DNA of 63,538 bases, the filler included, from Folioceros fuciformis (taxonomy: Eukaryota), in NCBI GenBank assembly GCA_049999805.1. It is 9 parts of 9 records of this genome, joined end to end, with 100 filler letters (N's around TTAATTAATTAA, not from the genome) between each part and the next. Parts side by side here need not be neighbours in the genome. Positions count along the whole stretch, not along the records: positions 19,213 to 28,255 come from JBNGIO010001113.1; positions 28,356 to 38,606 come from JBNGIO010001114.1; 7 more parts are not named here. One strand, given 5' to 3'. Position numbers and translations under genes: made by a program. Within the stretch, counting starts at the first letter, position 1, and every line of letters begins with the position of its first letter. Under the pieces are notes generated by a model. It did not search any database, was not told the origin of the DNA, and was given only the letters and a program-made list of their open reading frames with translations. This document shows positions 26,209 to 34,499 of this stretch, in pieces.

Positions 26209-26483
26209 TGTTACGGAATGGATAATCTGCCCGTAACCCTACTGACCAGCTAGTTCTCGTAGACTATAATTAATAGTGTTTAATAATTACAAACGAGAGT
26301 GCCTCTTTGGAACAGATACCTAGTGACACTATTTAAGACACACTTTGTATACACCTTCTGCAGATTAAAACACGAAATATCTTTCTAAGCATTGCATCTT
26401 GATCATGCTAGACTAGATGCAATCCTAATCATGCTAGATTCGATGCAATCCTACTGCTAGGATTTTCACATGGTATCAGAGCC
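26209..26483 (+). mobile_element. Nested 5' LTR (26209-26470) + intact tRNA-Met PBS inserted into the copia RT
   Basis: RT homology stops abruptly at TGTTACGG. The segment ends TTTCACA and is immediately followed by TGGTATCAGAGCC. Confidence 0.8.
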
Positions 26484-26796
26484 GTGCCTCACATGGTCTT
26501 CTGATCATGGCTAGAAACATGTTGAGGTTGCGCAAGCGGTATCCAAAGTTTTGAGAACCTTACCTGCTTGCTGTTAGATCTTCTCAATGAGCTTTTCCGG
26601 CTCTGCAAAAGAAATCATGCATCAGATCATCATAGTTTTTTTTTTTGTTCGAGCTACGAGAAGAATCTTGCAGATGCTAGTCGAGACCTATCGATTTAGA
26701 ATAGGGAAAATCTAAGCTAAAAGAAGGTTGTCTGTCCTATAATGTCTAGGAAACATAGTGCCTAGGCTTATAAAATGCTATCAAAATTTTCCCTAT

Positions 26797-26890
26797 AAAA
26801 ATAGTGCACCATAGTAGGTCACCCATCCAAGTCCTGATCCAGACCCAGTGCACTTAACTTTGTAGATCTGAATGAGCATGGGCTATCCTC
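26797..26890 (-). pseudogene. 5S rRNA-derived sequence (box A / box C internal promoter region + T5)
   Basis: Minus strand CTCATTCAGATCTACAAAGTTAAGTGCACTGGGTCTGGATCAGGACTTGGATGGGTGACCTACTATGGTGCACTATTTTT contains the 5S hallmarks AGTTAAG and GGATGGGTGACCT at 5S-like spacing. Confidence 0.65.
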
Positions 26891-29521
26891 TCCACTCTCC
26901 TTTCCGCGGTATTCAAAATCTACATATTTTTTGTAGATATGAACCATTAGAGAGCCTCAATTGGATTAAAAAGCCACGGGAGAGGCACCATGCCCCTCCC
27001 TTCCCTTCTCCCTCCACGCTTCAGCTTTGTGAGACATCTTCCAAAAAATTTGTCAGGAAATCATGGCGAGAACCCACCGATCTAGCACCCGGCGCCCTCG
27101 CCACCTTGAGGTACGTTCGCGTAGACCAGCTCGCTCAGGAGCTCACCATCGATCCACACTGTACGGTCAAAGCTCCGCACCAAGATGGGTGCAACGAGCT
27201 GTAGAAACCTTGACCAAGAACCCTAATTTGGACATTTGCAACAAGCAAACCAAACACAGATGTTTGGCAGGCCTCAATCCTCACCAGGGCTGTGACGGCA
27301 GGCCATGGCGTGCCTCACCCTCATCTAATCTGCTCCCTCCCGATACCTGCAAATGCCATATTCGCAAATTTGCAGAAGAAGAGGGTGCAGAAGGCAGGAG
27401 GCACGCATAGCCTGCCCAGGGGCACCCCTTTTGAAGCCATATCTAAGCAAAATTGGTTAAGATCTAAGGAGGAATTGAGTGCATATGCCGGATTGCAGCA
27501 CGACGGCCAATTCACAGCAAATTTCGATCCAAAATTGGGCAGCTCCAAAGCAGATTTACAACCGGAGGAGATGCTTGGGCCTCGCGGATCTTCACCCGCA
27601 GCCGATCAACATCGCAATCTACCGCAAGCGCTGCATGATCAGCGCGCCATCGCGGAGGTCGGACCGCCCACAAAGCGACGCGCGGGCGGGCGGGCACTCG
27701 TGAAGCGATGCCCAGGCCGAAACGACAACTTAAGTTGTCATTTTGGAGGCGAGACATTGCCCTACCCGTGAAACGACAAGTTAAGTTGCCGTTTTGGTGT
27801 TGAACCGATTTGGGCCTCCCCAACCGGTGTGAAAGCGGCTTTTTCGGGCACCGGTTCCGAACCGGTTCTCCCTAGCGCCGTTTCACACGAGCATTTGGAC
27901 CCTGGGAGTTTTGAACCAACACTAGTATATGTGCAAGTGAAGATTGAGCCAACTTTGCCTATCCTGCAATTGGAATCTTTGGCTTTTGCGGATCAAACTT
28001 CTCTTCTTTTGGGATTAACTAAAGCACACAACTCAATGTTTGGTGGACCTAGTTTTTTGCTTTCATGGTATAGCAAAATCGGAGGTGGATAGCTTGCAAG
28101 TTCCTGACTAGTCGGACATTGAGTGGTCCTGAGCACTGTGGAGGCAAAACCCCGGGCACTGATTGCCGACGGGTTCCACCTTTAGTGGCCACACTTATCC
28201 CACTGTCGTTGAGACATTGGGTTTCGTTCCCACGAAGGAGCGATGGGGTTCCTTGNNNNNNNNNNNNNNNNNNNNNNNNNNNNNNNNNNNNNNNNNNNNT
28301 TAATTAATTAANNNNNNNNNNNNNNNNNNNNNNNNNNNNNNNNNNNNNNNNNNNNATCCCTCGTGACATCGTGTCTGAAGCACATTTTCAACTTACCCTT
28401 CCACTTGTTCATCATAGTGAAATTTTGCTCCAGGTTGAGAAAATCTCTCAGCAAATGCTGTTGTACCCGAGCTCTCTACATGATAGGTGTAGTTAAAGCC
28501 TTGGACCGAAAGATCCGTTGAGGCATCAGAGCAAGGAAAACAGCCATGAATATGGCTGGGAGGGCAGTGTACCTGGCTAGCACCTGCCGGTTTAAAGTTG
28601 AGGCACCGCTGGCGCTGAGGGCCTGCTTACCGGGAATATATGTACTTGGCAATTGGAACTGAAGGTTTGATCTGCATCAGATTGACGTCTGTCAGTTGAT
28701 CTACATCAATAGTGATCCTCACATGCTCGAAGATAAATAAGTGGGGCCGGTTTCACGTGTCATCGTGCACAGAAACACTTTTTCTGTGTTTCAAAGCTTC
28801 AATGGCCAGCTATGGAGAAGGTATCAATATGTGATGCTAAGATACATGGGGAGAAGGCACGTACCAGGACTGTGATTCTGGACTTCAAGAGGGACCACCA
28901 GCATGCAGTAAGCAATTGATGCAGTACGCACTTCTCGTAAGCCTCCGCGAAGTCCATCTTGGGCGCATACCGAGCTGCCGATAGGAGATCATACGTTTGG
29001 GGCAACAGTGGACACTTGATCCCCACCCTAAGATTGTGTGAGACATGGAGAACTCGGTTGCGGAGAGACTTGCGTCCGACGTGCTGGGTTCGTGCCTCCC
29101 CAGCCTCATCAAACCGCGGATCAGTGCCTCCCCAGCTCGACCAACCAGCGGACACCCTCCGCTGGGCACCCCCTGCCACAGCTGGAAACTCAATCCTGCA
29201 AGCACATCCCTGCTTACATGGGATCTGGGCTAAATTCGAGGCCTGCAACCCTGATTCCATCTCCTGCAGTTGCCCATCGCTCACAGGTGAGCTCGTCCGA
29301 CACCGTGACCCTGCCAAATTGCAAGCCCCCGCTCGAGGCAGGCGCCGCCCAATTCTGATATCTTATTTAGCAGTTCGATGGGTATTATCAACCATCCATG
29401 TCCATGTCTCACTTTGGACAGGGATGCAGGTAAGCAAGTTCATTACCATCCCCCCCCCCCCTCTCCCCGGAAAGTAACATTCCCTGGCACAGAAACTTGA
29501 GCCCTGGGCGCTTCTTCATCT

Positions 29522-32500
29522 TCAGGGTCGACCCTTACAACTACAAGAACCAGCAGCAAATCGATGCACACGGTACCCATCCCTTACAACAATGTTTCTC
29601 TGTTCAAGCCTTGACATGACCTCCGTGGAACTGTGGCAGTCACTGCACATGCGTAGATTCTTCGTTACTACCAGAGGTGTCCCACTCGGAGTGTTCAAGA
29701 GACCAAACGCCAGAGCTAGCTTTTCAGCATGCCCACAAAGCGCATCTTCCTTTTCCTTCTCACACATTGGCTTCAACACCAACTTGGTGTGAGGTATGTG
29801 GCCTCCTTCCTGATTCAAGCGTGCATTCGTGCTCTGTGCCTTGACCGCAACACCCTCCCTCATTTCTCCCACCATAAACGTATGTACCTCCTTGTTCACC
29901 TCAATACTTGCCATTGCTGGTTTCTTGTTAGCTCCTGCTGCCATTCTCTGTCTTTCAATCCTGTCTACATCGGTCCACCTACCTGCATCTGCATAGGCAT
30001 TGGCCATGAGCACATGCGCAGATGCATTTTGAGGGTCAAGCTTAACAATGTTTTCAAAACACCGTATCGCCCTCTCTACATCCCCGTGAGTTTTGCAAGC
30101 ATTTAACAAGGAAGTCAAGCCCACAAGATTATTTTGACCCTCATGCAATACAAGCACTTTCTCTGCCTCATCTAAATGGCCAGCACGCCCAAGAAGATCA
30201 ATCATGCTACTGCAATGCTCAACAGTAGGTTTGATGCCATGCAGTTCAGTCATGGAATCAAAGTGCTTGCGACCCTCTTGGACCAGTCCCTCATGACTGC
30301 ATGATACTAGAAGGCAAGTGAAAGTAGCACAATCAGGCTGAATACCAGCAACTAACATCTCCTCAAAACAAGTCAGTGCTTTGTGCCCGTCATCATTAGC
30401 ACCATACCCACATATCAGGGCATTCCAAGTCACCACATCCTTTGTGGACAAGCTGTCAAAAACCTGGCGTGCAGCTTCCAGTTCACCACACTTAGCATAC
30501 ATATCCACCAAGCCGTTGCCCACCAGTACGGCATCCAGCAGTCCTCTTTTGACAATCTGTGAGTGCAGCTGTCTGCCCTTCTGCAAGGCACCAGTGATCC
30601 CACAGGCCTTCAGAAGGCAAGCAAAAGTCACATAGTTAGCCATAATCAGACCCTCCTGCTCCATTTGTGCATACACAAAAAGAGCTTCTTGGCCGAGTCC
30701 TTGCTGTGCATACCCAGCTATCAGGGCATTCCACGTCACCACATCCTTTGTTGTCAAGCTGTCAAAAACCTGGCGTGCATCTTTCAGCTCACCACATTTT
30801 GCATACATGTCCACCAGGGAGTTACCCAACACTACGTTATCCAGCAGTCCTCTCTGAACAATCTGTGAGTGCAGCTGCCTGCCCGTCTGTAAGCCACCAA
30901 TGCTTGCACAGGCCTTCAGAAGGCAAGCAAATGTAACGTGATCCGGCAAAATCAGGCCCTCCTGCTCCATTTGTCCATACAAAGAAAGAGCCTCTTGGCC
31001 AAGTCCCTGCTGTGCCAACCCAGCTATCAGGGCATTCCAAGTCACCACATCCTTTGTCGACAAGCTGTCAAAAACCTGGCGTGCATCTTCCAGTTCACCA
31101 CACTTTGCATACATGTCAACCAGGGAGTTACCCACCACTACATTACCCAGCAGCCCTCTTTTAACAATCTGTGAGTGCAGCTGCCTGCCCTTTTGCAAGG
31201 CACCGGTGACTGCACAGGCCTTCAGAAGGCAAGCAAAAGTAACATAGTTTGCCAGAACCAAGCCCTCCTGCTCCATTTGTCCATACAGAACAAGAACCTC
31301 TTGGCCGAGCGCTTGCTCAGCATACCCAGCTATCAGGGTGGTCCATGACACCACATCTTTTGTGTTCATGCTATCAAAGACTTGGCGTGCAGCTTCCAGT
31401 TCACCACATTTCACATACATGTCCATCAGGGAGTTGCCCACCACAATGTTATCCAGCAGTTCTCTTTCAACAATCTGTGAGTGCAGCTGCCTGCCCCTCT
31501 GTAATGCTCCAGTGCTTGCACAGGCCTTGAGAAGGCAAGCAAAAGTAACATGGTTAGCAAAAGCCAGGCCCTCCTGCTCCATTTGTTCATACACAAGAAG
31601 TGCCTCATGTCCGAGCCCTTGGTCGGCAAACGCAGCTATCAGGGAGGTCCATGTCACCACATCCTTCGTGGCCATGTTGTCAAACACGTGGCGTGCATCC
31701 TTCAGTTGGCCGCATTTTGCATACATGTCCACCAGGCAGTTGCCCAAAATGACGTTATCCACCAGCAGTCCTCTTTCGACAATCTGTGAGTGCAGCTGCC
31801 TGCCCTTGTGTAAGGCACCAGTGCTTGCACAGGCCTTCAGAAGGCAAACAAAAGTAACATGGTTGGCCGAAATCAGGCTCTCCTGCTCCATTTGTGCATA
31901 CAGAACAAGTACCTCTTGGCCGAGAGCAGCTTTTGCGGCATAACCGGCTATGAGGGTGGTCCATGTCACCACATCCTTCGTGTTCATGCTGTCAAAAACA
32001 TGGTGAGCGATTTGCAGTTCACCACATTTTACATACATATCTACCAGGCAGTTGCCCACCATAACGTTACCCAGCAGTCCTCTTTTTACAATCTGTGAAT
32101 GCAGATGCCTGCCCTTCTGTAAGGCACCCGTGCTCGCACACGCTTTAAGAAGGTAAGCAAAAGTAACATGATTAGCCAAACTGAGCCCCTCTTGCTCCAT
32201 TTGGTCATACACAACAAGTGCCTCCTGTCCGAGCCCTTGCTGGTAACATCCAGCAACCAGCACCGTCCACGTCACCACATCCTTGGTGGCCATGTTGTCA
32301 AAAACCTGGCGTGCACTTCTCAGCTCGCCACACTTGACATACATGTCCATCAAGCAGTTACCCACAACCAAGTCAGGAGTAATGCGACTCTGCACCACAT
32401 CACAGTGCACTTTTCTGCCAGATTCCAAGTCGGCTGCTAATGCACAAGCTTGAAGGGCGGCTACAAATACGTGAGCATCCGCCGTAACTCCTGACCTGCA

Positions 32501-33367
32501 CATGTCGTGGTACAGTTGTATGGCCTCTGTAGGTTTCCCACGCTTAGCGCAAGCCGAAATTATGGAAGACCACAAGAAGGCATCCGGCCTGACCACCCTG
32601 GTGAAAACATCCATGGCCTCCTCCAGCCTACCTCCAGATGCATACATGCGCAAAATATGGTTGCCCAAGTATGCATTCGAGTCGAGCCCAAGTTCGACAC
32701 AGAGGTCATGAACCCGTCTCCCGACAACGAAATCCTTCCTAGCTGTACACAATTTCAGCACAGTGCAAAGGATAGACTGAGAAACAGCAGAGTCTGTCTG
32801 CGCCAGAGATTCCAGGGCTTCGACGGCCTCAGACAGCCTCCCCTGCTGACATAACGTGCTCACGGTCACAGCCGTAATGACGCCCATTTCCGATCCTGAC
32901 CATCTACCAGATTCAGGCCTACCCGGACAGCTGAGCTCAAAAGGAAAGGCACCACCAACCATCTGCATGTCCAAGGCAACGAGCTGCTCATCAACCCAAG
33001 CTGGCTTAAACACGCTGTTTAACCACAGCACCTCGCCAGACCACTTACACCGGAAGTCAGGCGAACGCGAGCTCTTCTTGACTCGTCTGTTGTCCCACCA
33101 CATGGTAGGGTCCAGAAAAAACTGTTGCCACAATTGCTCCTGCTCCTGGCGACGACCATCGCTGGAAAAGCCATGCCCACCCACACATTTCATCGGATGT
33201 GGAATTGCTGGGCTCATCACACTGCAGCACCTGGAGGCTTGGTCCATACCACGAGGGGTTGACTCCATACAACGAGATGAGCCGGAGCTGCTAGAAGAAT
33301 CCCTGTACATGCACCGTTCTGTTGGATCCACAACGGATCCGATTGCCATAATGTGTCCATCATTCAT
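29522..33367 (-). CDS. PLS-class PPR protein with N-terminal PDF motif, ~26 PPR motifs (L-S, 7x PLS, P2-L2-S2), E1/E2 and a DYW:KP (GRP-ending) domain; candidate organellar U-to-C RNA editing factor
   Basis: Intact 1281-aa ORF with regular P/L/S triplets. KKPAMASIEV stands in place of the PG box, followed by HAEKLA...CSDCH and a terminus CSCKGRP*. The true N-terminus may lie further upstream. Confidence 0.95.
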   Translation of the reverse strand: MNDGHIMAIGSVVDPTERCMYRDSSSSSGSSRCMESTPRGMDQASRCCSVMSPAIPHPMKCVGGHGFSSDGRRQEQEQLWQQFFLDPTMWWDNRRVKKSSRSPDFRCKWSGEVLWLNSVFKPAWVDEQLVALDMQMVGGAFPFELSCPGRPESGRWSGSEMGVITAVTVSTLCQQGRLSEAVEALESLAQTDSAVSQSILCTVLKLCTARKDFVVGRRVHDLCVELGLDSNAYLGNHILRMYASGGRLEEAMDVFTRVVRPDAFLWSSIISACAKRGKPTEAIQLYHDMCRSGVTADAHVFVAALQACALAADLESGRKVHCDVVQSRITPDLVVGNCLMDMYVKCGELRSARQVFDNMATKDVVTWTVLVAGCYQQGLGQEALVVYDQMEQEGLSLANHVTFAYLLKACASTGALQKGRHLHSQIVKRGLLGNVMVGNCLVDMYVKCGELQIAHHVFDSMNTKDVVTWTTLIAGYAAKAALGQEVLVLYAQMEQESLISANHVTFVCLLKACASTGALHKGRQLHSQIVERGLLVDNVILGNCLVDMYAKCGQLKDARHVFDNMATKDVVTWTSLIAAFADQGLGHEALLVYEQMEQEGLAFANHVTFACLLKACASTGALQRGRQLHSQIVERELLDNIVVGNSLMDMYVKCGELEAARQVFDSMNTKDVVSWTTLIAGYAEQALGQEVLVLYGQMEQEGLVLANYVTFACLLKACAVTGALQKGRQLHSQIVKRGLLGNVVVGNSLVDMYAKCGELEDARQVFDSLSTKDVVTWNALIAGLAQQGLGQEALSLYGQMEQEGLILPDHVTFACLLKACASIGGLQTGRQLHSQIVQRGLLDNVVLGNSLVDMYAKCGELKDARQVFDSLTTKDVVTWNALIAGYAQQGLGQEALFVYAQMEQEGLIMANYVTFACLLKACGITGALQKGRQLHSQIVKRGLLDAVLVGNGLVDMYAKCGELEAARQVFDSLSTKDVVTWNALICGYGANDDGHKALTCFEEMLVAGIQPDCATFTCLLVSCSHEGLVQEGRKHFDSMTELHGIKPTVEHCSSMIDLLGRAGHLDEAEKVLVLHEGQNNLVGLTSLLNACKTHGDVERAIRCFENIVKLDPQNASAHVLMANAYADAGRWTDVDRIERQRMAAGANKKPAMASIEVNKEVHTFMVGEMREGVAVKAQSTNARLNQEGGHIPHTKLVLKPMCEKEKEDALCGHAEKLALAFGLLNTPSGTPLVVTKNLRMCSDCHSSTEVMSRLEQRNIVVRDGYRVHRFAAGSCSCKGRP

Positions 33368-34499
33368 CAGAAACCGCCGTCGGAAGATAAATCTGACTCA
33401 CAACAAACTTGTGGCAGGATGCCCGGGAATGCACTTCGATCGACCACACCATACGGGCTGGATCCCAACAGCCCGACCGGCCCCGACCTGAAACCGAAAG
33501 AGCTCGATCGAAAAGCACAAACCTGTGCGCTTGTACGGCAACCATATTACATTGGATACAGATTTGCGGCAGGTAGGGAGTAGTACTCAAATGCTTTAAG
33601 TTACGACTAAATAAAATATGCATATTTCATATCCAAGACTCGGGAGATGGCGCGTAAGACCTAGCTTGTCTGTGTCTGAGAAAGCGGGCAGCGAGAGCAC
33701 TGGAGATGGTTATTCCTCCGTGATCAGGCCAGAGCCGCCACGGCCGACTCGAGTCATTGCTATCCATCCATCCAGGCATTTCACCGTGAAACGAGCTGCA
33801 GAGTCACAGAAGTCGCTCCAGGCGCATTCGCATATGCCAAGAAGCGACAGCTGCTACTCACTGGCCTCACCTCACCACTTATCCTATCGATCACTTTTCT
33901 GTGTTCTGACAGCTGCTCATCACTGGCCTCATCGCCTATACCAGCTATCACTTTTCTGTGTTCGGACAGCTGCTACTGAAGATACAGCATTTCCGTTCAC
34001 GGCTTACAGACTGGACGAGCTTATCTTATCACGATGGGATTCGATGAAACTCAACTCCCCCGGAGAGTCACTGCCAGAGGAACCGGACGCTCGCGACTTG
34101 GAGATATTGCTTTGCAGGTCTTTCGTGTTCCAGATGCCGTACTTCCGGAGCCTCACAGTTTGTGAGGCGGTCGGGGAAGGCAACCACTTGGTGGCACCAG
34201 GAATGAACACGCTGTTCTAGTAGCCAGGGCTGATACCGGCCGGCGACGTAAGCACGCCGCGTCCATGTTCAGACAAGAGCATCCACTTGCTCCACCGGGC
34301 ACACCACTCAGGACGGGACAGACGACCCCTTTCCAACACTAGTTCGATTTAAGTAACATTTCCGCTTATCCGAAAATATAGGGACTGAAAATGTCTTGTC
34401 TCTAGGGTTGCTGCTCGTCGGGAAAGCATAGTGCTCTTAGATCCACCTCCATCCCTTATAAACCAAACTTTGAGCTCGTTGCTCGGGTAAGAATCTAAT

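Noticed and set aside
28356-29480. Possible multi-exon gene on the minus strand below the PPR gene
   Set aside because: Some splice-like sites exist, but I could not assemble a consistent frame or recognise a product.
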